A stretch of 64,000 nt of DNA from Octopus vulgaris (lineage: Eukaryota): NCBI GenBank assembly GCA_951406725.2, contig OX597824.1, forward strand, positions 31,620,001-31,684,000, given 5' to 3'. Below the pieces are notes generated by a model. That model was given only the letters and a program-made list of their open reading frames with translations. It did no database searches and was not told the origin of the DNA. The position numbers and the translations under genes are program-made. Positions 1 to 13,605 of this stretch are shown piece by piece (the first letter of the stretch is position 1; each line of letters opens with the position of its first letter).

Positions 1-639
1 ATATCAATAAATAAACCGTTAATAGCTTTTAAAGTTTGCAAATTTGTAGTAATTTTAGCCAATCGAAAGCCACAGACATATAGGTGTCTGTTTCCATAGT
101 AACGAGCCAAGCGTGCTTGCTCATGTAGAAATCTATGTGGGCCTCTGTAAAGCAAAGTAATAAATGACGCTGTGGTACTCACCGTTCCATGGCTGACTCT
201 TATCTCTCCGAGTTTGTGTGACGCAGGAGATATGAAAATTGCAATTTATTTTTTAAAAATCCCAGAGTGCATTGCTAACTTTCGTTTTTGAATTTCCGAT
301 TTTCGTGTTGTATCCATGAACTGAAGTCCAGTTAGTCTTTTTCGTGTAACATTTTCGCTAGAAAATATGTATTGTTTACAGTGGTAATGATTTTGATCAA
401 AGGTCTGCTTGACTAGAACTGACCTGAGGTTTAAAGTCTTATCATCTACAACATTCAAAGTTTATATTTTGCTGCCATATATGAACATTCTACATTACCG
501 TAAAAACTATGTACAGTTGAAACCCAACTTGATATGAACAGGAATATATTTTACAAAAGAAAATCAAGTAAAAACCAAAAAAGGGGGAGAAAGGGGAAAA
601 AATAGCAATGCAGCACCAAGTACTTCAGTAGGCTGCACA

Positions 640-1955
640 CCACAAGGTACAAGGGAACTTACTGAAGCAAGCCAGCACGCTCGCGGCATTACCACGAGTG
701 ATGGCGAAGCTAAGGGTTGGAAAAGCCAAGCACCCTCGGGGGCATCACATCGGTGAGGCGAGCTGCCAATGATGCCGAGAACTCAGTCCCTCCAAACGTC
801 TCTATATCACAGGTTGTAAGAGATAATTCACTGCCAGGTCCAGATATTTCAGGGGTTTGTTCCATTCAGCTACGGAAGCAGTGGCATTCCCATTTACTGC
901 AGTATCCAGGATGTGGGAGGGAACAAAAGTGTCATAGGCTGCAGCGTCCCAGATGAGGCCCCTACCTGAGGGATAGAAGGTAAGACCATCGGGTCTCTTC
1001 CCATCATTTCTGGATTATACCACCGGCTCCAGAACTGAGGGGATATTAATCCGAGCCAGGACCCACTTAATGGTTAAGTTTAGCTCGGTGTGACGAGCGA
1101 AACGACCAGCATTTAAGCGGCATGACAGAACTTGAAGACCTGTGGAATCGAGAGTCCTACCACAGAGATATCTCAGTCCCCTACAGACGTCAGCTCTCGC
1201 TCTAAGTATGATGGAGAAGCGGAACTCTTCTAGACTGTGTAGACTTTTAACGTTGGTCACGGACATGGCTTCAACAAAGTCCCCCGAGATTTTGCACTCA
1301 CAGAGAGTAGACGACACCTTGAAAATTGATCAGATTGATCAAAGAGAGAGTTTACGGTATCACTTGAACGCAAATTTTCCCATACTCTCTGCTTGCGTCT
1401 ATCCTCAGCAGTAACAGGAACTGACAAACCCAACTCACTTCACTATAACTGAGCTTCATCCCTCTCCCTTTTGGAATTAATCCATGTTGAAGAGAAGAGG
1501 ATGTTGCTTACCAAAGGAATGCAAACATGGATGGAGGAAAGAAAACAGGGAAGAAAGAGATAGACGAGCACTTACGCAGACCTAGGCCACTGACGAGAAT
1601 CTATAAAAGGGAGTAACTCTGAGAAAATACAATAATTTAGGAATCGACAAGTAATTCCTAAGCATTAAAAAAAAACCTTGGTGGGGCTCAGTTACCTCAA
1701 GAATTTTAAAAAATGTGCTAAAGGTTAGCCATTTTAGATAGAAAGATGTACTCGAAAGCTCGGTCAGTAATTGGGGTTCCCAGAGAGCACCATGCTGATG
1801 AAGGAAGGAACCGGGATGGAAGAGAGGGTGTCTGTAAACAGGTTTAGAGTCTGCTGATGTGAAGCTGGATGGTTGAGGAGCCAGAGCTCGCATTTGGAAC
1901 TATTAATTAAAGGCCTCTGAGACCAAGTTCCCCAATCATCGCCCTCCTGTTGCAA
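640..1955 (-). mobile_element. Degenerate restriction-like-endonuclease (CRE-like) non-LTR retrotransposon, 3' part
   Basis: Minus-strand fragments LRNYLSIPKLLYFLRVTP, a zinc-knuckle-like LCG...LSC...ARH, PSVLEP and DGKRPDGLT (~985-1005); frameshifts and stops. Confidence 0.75.
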
Positions 1956-2499
1956 GGATATGATGTAATTATATAATGAGAAAGCGGATTATAATATTCA
2001 TCACGTTCTCCTATTTCAACCTCATTATCTTATAAACATCATCGCAGCTGATCTCATGAAACCAAAGAAACTACATTTAGCTAGAAAAGCACTCGGAGAG
2101 CGCAGATCTCTGCCAAGCAGTTCATTTCCACCCATATACACGCATGCTGAAAATCGCCCAATTTCCCAAACCAACGCCGGCAAAAACATAACCTCCTCCC
2201 ATACTTATCTCGACCATCGTCATCATCAACACTGTCTCCGCTTTCACCACAATCAGTTTCTTTACACAGCTGAAAGTCCATTATCCAATACTCATGGGAT
2301 CGAGATTGTTGCAGATTTTTGACTTTTCTAATTTCGGAGTGCTTTATTACAAAAAAAAAAAATTGCATCTTCAAAACAGAACAGTTTGAGGATAGAAACC
2401 AGGTTTAAACACAATAGCTTATAGACATACTCTGAATGTAGTTCTATAAAAATCTTTAATATTTTTTATACTTAAGACCATCAGAAATGTTAAGATATC

Positions 2500-3030
2500 A
2501 GCCTCTATCCACGTTGTCATGCTTTGATTAATAGGTTACAGCATAGATTAGATTACTTAGATAAGTTTCAGCCAAAGTTGACTCAGGCCATGTCTAATTT
2601 AATAGCACCAACTGGAAGAGATACACAGTCAGCTCTGGGGAACTGTAGCCTATTCAAGCAGGGGGTTATTGTTTTCAAAGACATATCTAGGTGTGGGTGG
2701 TTTATCTCGTATTTGTTGGGGGTAAGCATCTAAGGATCGTTTGAATGCCGTGAAGTCACTTTCCTCTTTTATGTGTGTCTCGCACGATGTTGAAGAGAGC
2801 AGGGCCAATTGAGGTCAAATAGTTCTGTCACAGTGTTGTGATACGATACGAACATTTCTGTAGTGGACAGATGGCACGTGGGCCAAGCCTCGGACAAATT
2901 TTAAAGATGGGCAATGTTGATGGAATATTTTTCCACATCATACAGATGATATAGAGCTCAAAGCAGCGGTGGAGGGAGCAAAGCCTGAGCTTTTTGAGTC
3001 GATCCCAATAATCAAGGCTTATCATGTCAT
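2500..3030 (-). mobile_element. Old CR1/Jockey-group LINE 3' remnant
   Basis: DYWDRLKKLRLCSLHR..Y.I resembles the Y-x-x-RL-x-x-L-x-L-x-SL-x-x-RR ORF2 C-terminal motif; degenerate. Confidence 0.6.
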
Positions 3031-4663
3031 CCTCCGCAGTTCATTTTAAGATAGATACGCGAGTAAAATTACTAATAGAGAAACGAAAATAAACTTTGGA
3101 AACAGCAACGCCACCATAGGTTAGGTGGAAATGATGAACGTGTTTTCAAGGGAGATAATCAAAGAACCTAACAATACTTCATGTAAAGTAAATATAACAA
3201 ATGAAAAATCCTTCAAGAATCCATAAAAATTCCTGGATCACTACCAAAATTTCATCATCTATTCTTTGTGCCGTTACCAACTTTTCCTGCAATTTTCATC
3301 AAATACCGTTCACAACTTTTTGAGTTATTTTGCACACCGACGGACAACCCAACGCCGATGAAAACATAACCTCCTTCCTTAGCGGAGGTAATATTTTTTT
3401 TTTTTTCAATTTTTCGAAATTTTTTTTTTTTTTTTAATCACAGTCCGAATTTTTTGCTTAAATCTTAGAAATAGACCATTAAATGTCTTTATAAGATGAA
3501 AGATATTGGAGAACATCAATACATCAGAGTGACAAACAAACAAGGACGCCATGAGGTGGTCGTGAGATGTGCTTAACATAACCGCTAAGTACTCCTTAAA
3601 TCACATTTGTTTGTTTTTTTTTTTGCATAGTCCTATGAATTCCCGTGTATAGAACACAAGTTTGCAAAGATTTTCTGAAAATTCCCCAAAAAGTTATATG
3701 GTGTGCTTTAAACATAATCCTGCCCTTTGAAATTTGTTTATTTATTTATTTATAGGTCATTTTACGCTTCAAGGAAACTATATTTCCGTTAGTTTTCCAT
3801 TAGCTAACTCTATTCGCTATTTACAACTTCTGGCACAAAAACTTTGTGTGTGTGTGTGTGTGTGTTTAAATTGTTTTAGCTTCGAAGCTGCGGTCTACCT
3901 TTCAACAATAACTGTATTAAAAACTTTAAAGTTTATTTAGTGCTTGGTCACCTGTTAATGTCCCGGCTTTGGGTTAATAAGCAAATGAAGCACCGGGAGT
4001 GAAAGGCTTCTAGTTCTCGTTAGGGATGTTTTTTTCTGTTTGGCTGCCACTTTTGAATTTCTTCAATTTTTGTTCCAATTAATTTCATATTTGGTGTATT
4101 GGTGCAGTTTTGTATAGTAATCATTGGCATGAAATTCATTTTCGCCATAAATCAATAAATAAACAGTAGCTTTTAAAGTTTGCAAATATGGGGTAATTTT
4201 AGCCAATCGAAAGCCACAGACATATGGGTGTCTGTTTCCATAGTAACAAGCCAAAATGTTGCCAAGCTGCTTACCACTTGTTCTTTTTGTCACTGATTAC
4301 ATGCTTAAAAAAAAAAAACATCCGGTATGCGGTGTGCTTAAATTAACAGCTAAATATGCCTTAAATCTCGCACAACAACTCTTTTGGGGGTGTGGGGTTT
4401 GCACAGTCGTATGCATTCCCGTGTGTAGAGTATAAATTCTCAAAAATTTTCTGAAAATTCCAAAAAATAAAAGCAAGTTATGAAGGGGTTATATGACGTG
4501 TGCAAAGCAGAATTCTGCCTAATATTTCATTTATTTACAGTTGACAACCAGTGCTGTCAGGCACAAAATGACAGCTTCCAAATCCTATTTTCTGACTGGG
4601 TGAAAATTACCAAACTTTAAAACCTCTGTAACTTCTTTTCTTTAATTTCTGTTAAAAGTGAAG

Positions 4664-5073
4664 GAATCTTTTCGGTTTGAATGGCAGTTTTTTCTAGCGG
4701 TGTCATATGAAATTGTCACCCATAATTATGACCCTAGTATCGATCTATTGCATTTCAATCTGTTTTAGGGTTAGGGGTGGGGGAAGGGTATCTTTTTTCT
4801 TCTCATATGTAAATAAACCAAATCTGTTTCTTAAACGAGGGACATATTCATACGGCACAGAATGCTTTTTACCTCAATGGACGTCACTGATTGGTTGAAA
4901 TTGCAGAAATTGAAGAAAAAAAACAACAAATATCTTACAAACTTTAGAATTTTCTCAGTAAAGGCAAGAGAAAAAGATGTTTTATAAACACATTCTACCA
5001 GTATACGAAGTTTAAAAGTGTTTAGTTACGTGGAAATTATTTTAAAAAACTGCCGTTCAAACCGAAAAGATCC
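4664..5073. mobile_element. ~410-bp MITE (TIR GGATCTTTTCGGTTTGAACGGCAGTTTTT)
   Basis: Terminal inverted repeats; same family as 13899-14303 and 44425-44842; TSD unclear here. Confidence 0.8.
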
Positions 5074-6929
5074 AAAGTTTTTATTATTTTGGAATGAAGA
5101 ACATAAACATGGGTGCTGAGCCAGTGACTAAACTTGTAGAATTTTGTTGGGATTAATCCAATGAATTGACAGCAAAGTAATTGCTTCTAGCAGAATCGTT
5201 ACTTCTTTCTCTGTTCATTCGGATAAGCTGTAGAAATTGTTGCGCGTGCGCACACACACAAACACAAAAAAAGTCTCCAGGCATTTAGCTGTTATTTTAG
5301 CACATCGAGTATCGTGGCGAGGGCTTCACATGCTGTTTCAGCATAGATCTACGCAAGCGGAAACTGACAAAACAGCCGTTCATTTTCACTTTTAGACAAC
5401 AGGATGGGGTGTTGATCAATTTTGGAGTTTTTCATAAAAAGTTTGAAATTAAATGTTCCCACCCCCATATTCTTAATCTCCGTATTTTTCTACGTCGATT
5501 GAAAATAAAAAATTCGAAAAAAAGTTAAAAATTCAAAATTTTGGGAATGGGGGCTATAAAAAAATTTTGAAAACGTGGTTTTTTTGTATATTCGGAATTT
5601 CTGTCATTGAAAAAATAGGAATCCGGTGAAAAAAAAAGCGAAAATATCAGTTTAGTGGGTGAGGGTAGAGTCTGCACCAGGCCCACCATTAAATTAATTT
5701 TATTTTTAAACTCCTAAAAAGAAACGAAATTATTTCGTGGAATTCCACTGTCATTATTTAATGTGTTGACAACAAAGATCATTTCTTTTTCTTGAGAATT
5801 CATTCTTTTGAGCTGAAGTGTGCTTCATATAACCATTACTTAAAACAAACTGTTGATTTTACAATATCGACATCTTACGCGTTTACTTTTTCCATTACTA
5901 TTTACATCTCTAGTAGGAGCATTTTAAAATATTTCCCTGTTAAAACGGCAACTATCAGATATTAACAACTAGGCTTCTCTTTCTAGTCAATAAACTTTCA
6001 CCTATTCATAGCGTATTTAACCCTTTCATTACCGTATTTATTTTGAGATGCTCTGTGTTTCTTTCAATTATTCTAAATATAACAAAAAATTTAGTAAAAT
6101 AACTTAGTTACCATTAAGCTAGTGTTAGTAACATAAATTGTGACTAAGGTTTGGTAGAAGATTTTAATTCAAAACTCAAGAAAACAAGACATTTGTACTG
6201 CAGAGCCAGAGGCGGTTTCGGCCGAACCATACATAAATGATGGTCCGTGTAACTAAAATGTTATGCAATGAAGACTTCTCTATAACGTACACCATCTCAC
6301 ATATGTTGTTTATTCAAATAATTGTTTATATGTAAATGTTCCAGGTAATAAAGACGATGGAATCATATCATTATTCATGTTATTATTCTCAACTTCGCAC
6401 GCAGCCTTCTTAATATTGTATAAAACCAACAATGATTTATATTTATTGATCAAATCCGCGAAAATGATGATCCACTAAAGATTATAAGTTCAAAATAAAT
6501 ACATGTACATAAAGATAGTAAAATTCTGCTCAACGGTGAACAAGCTCTCTGAAATTAAAGTGTTTTATTAACGCACACACTCAAGAGATGTAATTAAAAA
6601 CACAAATTTATTATTTCCTGTCATTAGTAAGGCGGCCCATTAGTAATAATAACTAACCTAAATAATTACGGAATAAATGAAGTCAGTGAAGACGACTGTT
6701 GTTTTCGTTCAGTCCCAGCACAGGCTTGATTAAACATATCTACAAGCAAAAGCTTCCAACCGTGACAATTCTTTTTGTATATCCAATATTCGATATAAAG
6801 TGTCGTTCCTTTTTTTTTTTAATGATGTGATTTGAGATTTGACTACGATTTCTAACAGTTCGAGTGATATTGCGCGCACTAATTGACTGGCGGAAGATAG
6901 ACAACAAAGGCATGGGATGCGTCGCCCAC

Positions 6930-7630
6930 GTAAGTTGGAATTTCTCCGTTTTGACGGGGATTTTTCAGATCTTTTTTTCACGGTGCCCTTGGAAATGATC
7001 TGGGACATCTTTTTAACAAAACTTTTTTTTAAAATTACTTTTTAACCCCTCACTACTCTTCCCCTTTTCGGACCGATTTTGTGGGTACTACGCTCATTGT
7101 TTTGTTTTTTTTGAGCACTACACACTTAAAAAGTATAGAAGCGTTTTCCGTAATAAACAAAGGAAATATTTTCAGACGAAAAGGTGTGTAATTTAAGGGA
7201 GATTTGGCTGTTGTTTCTAGCATATCACATGACCGGTAAGGTTTATGGTTGATAAAAATCAAAAATTTTTTTAAAGTTTCTTTTTTAATACCATAAATGA
7301 GTTTATGCTATTAATGGAGAGAAAATATTGAAAAACATCAATATTTATCAGTGAGAAACAAAGTGGTCATGGGGTATGCTAGAAACAATAGCCAAATTCT
7401 CCCTTTAATCACACACCTTTTATTCTCAAGATATTTACTTTTCTTTTTTACTGAAAAGGCTTCTATAGATTTTAAGTGCGTAATGTCTTCAAAATGGACC
7501 AAAATCAGTCCGGAGGGGAAGAGAAACCCTTTTTCGAAAATATAAAAAAAAAATAAAATAGATGCTCCAAAGACACCATAAAAAGAAATCTGAAAAATCT
7601 CTGTCAAAACAGAGAAATTCCAATTCATTA
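6930..7630. repeat. Imperfect ~700-bp palindrome (foldback/MITE-like)
   Basis: 6933-7235 is the approximate reverse complement of 7365-7623 (e.g. gatttggctgttgtttctagcata vs tatgctagaaacaatagccaaat). Confidence 0.75.
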
Positions 7631-7899
7631 AGAAGTCCGCCATTAATTCAGCGATTAAGTAATATTAATATTATACTATTAACAGAAATTATTATTATTA
7701 ATATTAAAAGTAAAATATTTTCTTCGATGCGTAAATTTCAGGTTGATTGAAGAAAATTTCACATGAAATAGTTGTGTGATATGGTTTAATGGCGAGAGTA
7801 CATGTTTGGCATTCTGTTGCTGGGTTTGGTAATGTTATTTTGAAATTCTGTCGACCTTACTACAAATATAAATAAAACAGTAAAATGCTGGTGAAAGAA

Positions 7900-8098
7900 G
7901 GTTTCCTGGGAACATGTTAAGAATTTTATTTCTTTATTTGACGCAGCATTTTGGTTGGTTGATTTCCATCCACGTGATTAAGATGCTGGGGTTGAACTGA
8001 GATATTCTCAATTTGTGAAAAGTTTTCCAAAAAGAAGATATCATTGAGCAGTCAAGTGGTTTTGATACTTCTAATTATATATATATAAACAGGTAATT
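7900..8098 (+). promoter_or_regulatory. Putative promoter plus non-coding first exon of copy A (donor CAG|gtaatt at 8093)
   Basis: Block homologous to 34630-34800, sharing TTTGACGCAGCA, GTTGATTTC, ATCCACGT, ATCATTGAG and CTAATTATAT..ACAG|GTAAT. The ATG exon begins with an acceptor, so an upstream exon is required. Confidence 0.5.
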
Positions 8099-8619
8099 AA
8101 TTTGTTAATTATAACTATTTCCGAACAAAAAAAAAAAAAAAAGAAATTAATTTCTGTATATTGAAATATAAATGTAAAAGACGGATTAACTAGAAATATA
8201 TATTTTAGCCCCAGGAAGGACAATATATTTTTTTAAAAGATGTTTCAAGTTTCATTAAGTGTTTTTGTTTTGTAGGGGAGAATAAATTGAAATTTATTTT
8301 ATGAAAAATAATAGTTTTTATATCAATAGTAATTATATTCCATCATTGCGTAATAAATAGACTTAATAGTGTGTTACTGTAATTTTCTATAGAGACTTCT
8401 TATATTCTGTTAAATCCTTCTCAGCACATGGTTAATTTTATATTTTTGCATCATTGATTATTTTGTATTTAGGTATTCAGGACGGAAGAGAGGAGAGTCT
8501 GCCAGTTTTTGTTTTGTTTTTTTCCCTATTCTGTTTTTCTCGTCATCTGCGTTGTTTATGTGGGAAAAGCATGTCAAACTTTGCCTCTTCATCTTTGACT
8601 CTCATAAAATGCAACACTT

Positions 8620-9122
8620 TACATTCTCTTTTACTTGTTTCATTTATTAGACTGCGGCCATGTTGGGGCACCTCCTTGAGGAATTTTTTGTCGAATGAAT
8701 CGACAGCAGTACTTATTTTTTGTTAAGCCTGGTACTTATCATATTAGTCTGTTTTGCCGAACCGCTAAGTTACGGGAACGTAAACACACCAACGCCAGTT
8801 GTCAAGCGGTATGAGACAGACAGATACAAAGACGCATATACACAATATGGACATTATGCCTTTTTGACATAGTTTCGTTTATGGTCTCCAGATTTCCAAC
8901 TGGTTGTTCAGCAATTTCCGTAAAGGACGGGCCACTTTCAGTCTCCGGGTACTTGTATCGCAGAGTGGTCCCGAGTACCCAGTCTCCGTCTACCAAATTC
9001 ATTCACAATGCTTTGGTTGGCCCGAGGCTATCGTAGAAGACGCTTGGCCTAAGGTGCCACGCAGAAGGACTGAACCCAGAACCATGTATTTGGGAAGCAA
9101 GCTTCTTACCACAACTGCGCCT
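8620..9122 (-). mobile_element. tRNA-derived SINE, interrupted by small insertions
   Basis: Similar to the copies at 17490-17893 and 18408-18808. Confidence 0.75.
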
Positions 9123-9974
9123 AATTCATTATAATAATGTACCAACTTAATTAAAAAATATAAATAAATATGGAAGTATATATAAATATAAAGACCGGCT
9201 TTTTATTGATTTAATATATTTGTAACGTCAACTACAATATGTATACTTTTGCACAGAAAACAAAACAAGAAATATTTAAACGGTTGTCTTCTTTCATTCA
9301 TTCTAATTTTCTCTCTCAACAAACCACTGACCCAATAACTAGAAACTATTTTACTTTCATTTTTGTCTAAATAGTTTATATACATTGTTTAAACTTTAAT
9401 CAAATGTTACGCTGTTCAAACATTGAAATATTTGTCCTACAGAAGGCACACTACATCGATGCTGAATAAATAAAGTCATCACAAAATTAGTTTATTTCAG
9501 TGATAAACGAAGTGGACCAAAAAATCAACATGGTCTTTTAGCTTCTCTTGTTATATACCAACTTGAACATATTTCGTAACTACTATTTTTTTCTAACCCA
9601 GATCAATAAGTTATGACTAATAACTACGATCGATAACAATTGTGATTTTCACTGGCCATCTCAGTACCGTAAGCTATAGTATAAAATAAAAAGCATCTCG
9701 CATACACACACACATGTATATACATGTGTGTGTGTTGCCTCATAACTTTCGAAACAATTGATATTTTTCTATGAAATTTTCTACAGAAACGCCCCAGATG
9801 GTGTAGATCCTCATTATATCGGAATATGTGGTGTTAAAAGTTTTTCCGAAGGTGGAGAGAGGTGTTTCGGAAAATTCTCACGAAACGGCTTTCTTTACTC
9901 GTAACTTTCAGAAAAAGATACATGGCTCGCACCCGCTTTCGTTGTTTTTTTTCTTTATTTTTTTATTATTATTC

Positions 9975-10592
9975 AACAGGAACCCACTATTTCGACTGCG
10001 GAGATTCCGAATCTGCAAAAAAAAAATCGGCATTTCAAAATTTAAACTTTGAAACAGGAGAGAAAACACTTTCAGTTTAATAATTATACTTTGTCACAGA
10101 ATCGCGGGCGTGGGGAGGGTTTTTCTTTAAATCGAAGTTTTACCTCCCCACCCCTCAGAATCATATTCTCCGTACTTTTAGGCATTCCTTCGATATAACT
10201 CGACAAAAATCAAAACATTTCACTTCGGGTATTTCCGTGGGTTTGTGGAGTATAGATATAACGAAATTATGCCAGCAAATGCCTCATTTTAAACTTTAAA
10301 GAAAAAAAGCCTTGCATATTTGTTCTTACATGTTTCATGTATGTGTGAAAAATCCGCAAATTTCTAAGCAGAAAACAGAATCGAACTGTCATTTGCTTCC
10401 ACGGAAATACCCAAAGTGAAATGTTTTGTTTTTGTCGAGTTATATAGAAAGAATGCCTATTTTTATATGTATTTCGCCAAAAAAAGAGAAAAATGAAGAA
10501 ATTGAGAGTTTGGGGTTAAATTTTGAAATGCCATTTTTGGGGGGAGGGGGGTGCAGATTCGGAATCTCCGCAGTCGAAATAGTGGGTTTCCT
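9975..10592. repeat. Nested inverted repeats (foldback element); paralogue at ~38190-38825
   Basis: acccactatttcgactgcggagattccgaatctgca vs tgcagattcggaatctccgcagtcgaaatagtgggt; inner pair 10181-10240 vs 10398-10459. Confidence 0.8.
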
Positions 10593-12519
10593 CAGAAAAA
10601 AAAAGGGGTGTGGTCCATGTATTTTACATCCGCGATAAAACACTAAGTAGTTACTTCATAACTTTCAGAAAAAGCGATACTTTTCAATGAAGTTTTCAAA
10701 TTACGGTCGCATCGGAATTTGATGAGAAGATGGTTCTTAGTTTCAAATTATTTTTTTTTAAATCTTCGTTTTAAAATATAGACAGTCCGATTCTGTCATT
10801 AGTTTCGCTTTATAATTTCCAAATAATTTTTTAAATACTTCGAAATCAAAATTGAAAAGTTTTAAACAATCGCGCATGCGCATGGCCTACAGTTATTGTT
10901 CAGTTTGGTTTGATTAAAAAAGTAAATAAAAGTTAAGGGGGAGATAAAAGAAGCATTCTTTACTTTACAATCGATCGGAATGGCACGTGGGACACCAGCA
11001 GCACCGCGATTCATTGTTCCTGAACGGGCGGCGAGCTGGCAGAATCGTTAGCACGCCGGGTATTTCGTCTGCTGCTACGTTCTGAGTTCAAGTTCCGCCG
11101 AGGTCGACTTTGATACACGTAAATGAATTTTTAAGATAATAAATGTGATTTTAACATATCATTGAGTATTAATATTGCTTTCAAATTTTGGCATAAGGCC
11201 AGGAGGAGTATCGACTACATCAACCTTAGTGTTCAACTGGTATTCAGTTTATCGACCAGGAAAAAAGGAAAAACTAAGTCAACCTCGGTAGAATTTGAAC
11301 TTAGAATGTAAGAGTTATAGTCCTTGGACCACAACCAAGACTGCATACATACATTTTCATGAGTATTAAGTCTTTCCTAAATTCCACCGCCAAAGTCAAC
11401 TTTATCTTTCATCCTTTCAGGGTCAGTGAAATAAATACCTATTGAGTACTGGGGTTGATGTCATCGACTTAGCACTTCCTGCAATTTTTGGGCCTTGTGC
11501 CTATGAGAAAGGATTATTATTATTATTGAGAGAGCTGCACATGCCATCAAAGTGACACTGGGGTACAAATATATGAAACCCAATATACCCATCATGACTA
11601 CCCATCTCATAAGGCTACACCAGACACATGCTTCACAACCATAAGTGCGTCATAGCGATCTCATATCAAGATAACCAGCACATGACCTTGCAGGTGGAGC
11701 CCATCCCACTCAAAAGGTCCTTGGATAAGGGTTGTTTAAAGATGTTGAAAAACACCCATGTTTCCAGAGGAGAATTATTCAAGCCCCAAAGAATTCCTCT
11801 CAACACATGCTATGATGCTCCCCCACTACTTCTACACGTGATCAGAACTGCATGTATCATCAGTCACTAAGGGACATGCTCAACTGATTAAGGTCAAACA
11901 ACTGACAGGCAAATTATTATTATTATTTGATGTGTTAAATTTTTTACAGCGCTAAGCTGACAGAATTGCTAGCACACCAGACGCTTAGTGGCATGTCATC
12001 TGTCTTTATGTTCTAAGTCTAAATTCCACCTGGTCAACTTCGTCTTTCATCCTTTCAGGGTCAATAAAATAAGTACCGGTCAAGCACTGGAGTCAACCTA
12101 CTCAACTCCTGGTCCTGTGCCAAAATTTTAAATCATTATTATTTGAAAGTTGCCAGCTGGCAGAATCATAGGCACGCTGGGCAAAATGCATAGCAGCATT
12201 TTGTCCATTTTTATGTTCTGAGGTCAACTTCTGTCAAGGTCAACTTTGCCTTTCATCCTGTAAGTCACAATAAGATAAGTACCAGTTGAACACTGGAGTC
12301 AATGTAATCAACTTAAACCCCACCACCGGAATTGCTGGCCTTGTTCCAAAATTGGAAGCCATTAATGTTATATTCATAAACGTAAGTGTGAGTCCCATTT
12401 GCAGTTTTCAATATTTTTCTATCCAAAGGTTTCTTATCTCAGTATTCCGCATACTATCATTTATAGTTTTATCAACTTCACGTTCTACCATTAAAACGAT
12501 ATATAATGTGTGTGTATAA

Positions 12520-13520
12520 TCATCATCATTTAACGCCTGTTTTCTATGCTGGCATGGGTTAGCCAGTTGACAGAACTGGAGAGCCAGCAGCTGCACCAGG
12601 CTCCACTCTGATCTGGCAATGTTTCTACAGCTGGATGCCCTGCCTAACACAAATCACTTTGAGAGTGTAGTAGGTGCTTTTTACATGCCACCGGCACAGG
12701 AACCAGTCAGGTGGGCTTGGCATCAATCATGTTCAGATAGTGCTTTTTACATGCCACAGGTATGGGAGTCAGTCAGGCAGATTTGGCATCAATCATGTTC
12801 TGATATTGCTTTTTATGTGCTGCTAGCACAAGAGCCAGTCAGGGGCCACTGGCATCAGCCACATTCAGGTGGTGTGCCAGTGGACCTGGCATCAACCACA
12901 TTCAGATGGTGCCTTTTACATGCCACCGGCACAGGAGCCACTCAGAGGGCACTGGCAACGACCACATTCAGATGGTGCATTTTACATGCCACTGGAATGG
13001 GAGCCAGTCAGGGGGCACTGGCTACAGCTACAATTGTGGTTTTACTTGACTCAACAGGTCTTCTCAAGCATATCATATTGCCTGATACATCAAGGGTACT
13101 CTTAAATGGGCCAGACATGTAACACTAGCATCGGCCATGACTGAAATCTCACTTTAGTTGCCAGGTCTTCTCAATCACAGCATATCTCCAAAGGTCTTGG
13201 TCTCCTGTCATTGCATCTGTGAGGCCCAACGTTTGAAGGTCATGCTTCACCACCTCATCCCATGTCTTCTTGGGTCTACCTCTTCCACAGTTAGGGTGTG
13301 GCACTTCCTCACACAGTTGTCCTCATCCATACGTAACATATGATCATGCCAGCGCAGTCGTCTCTCATGCACACCACATTTGATGCTTCTTATGTCCAAC
13401 TTTTCTCTCAGGGTGCTCACGCTTTGTTGTGCATGCACACTGACATTACACATCCAGTGGATCATACTAGCTTCATTTTTTTCAAGCCTACGCATGTCCA
13501 GCACCCAACACAGCATAGCA
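12520..13520 (-). mobile_element. RTE-clade LINE 3' remnant with ~60-bp tandem repeats in the 3' UTR and a (GAT)n tail; paralogue at 43053-44053
   Basis: RRLRWHDHMLRMDEDNCVRKC resembles the RTE RRLRWxGHVxR motif; repeated tgcttttacatgccac...gagccagtcagg units at 12675-13020. Confidence 0.8.
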
Positions 13521-13605
13521 TGTGAGCTTGCTAGTTTTCTTTTACTAACTAATTTGAAATTTTTTTTTCTTTTATTTTTAGATAAGCTTCACATAACCAT
13601 CAAAA

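Noticed and set aside
8473-8620. Possible extra 5' UTR exon after ttttgtatttag
   Set aside because: No convincing donor and no counterpart upstream of copy B.
12675-13020. Regularly spaced ~60-bp repeats resembling a CRISPR array
   Set aside because: The whole unit is degenerate-repetitive with no unique spacers, there are no cas genes, and the context is a eukaryotic retroelement.
12619-13122. 167-aa ORF and overlapping repetitive ORFs, identical in both copies
   Set aside because: They lie in the tandem-repeat 3' UTR of an antisense RTE remnant; the identity reflects the duplication, not coding constraint.
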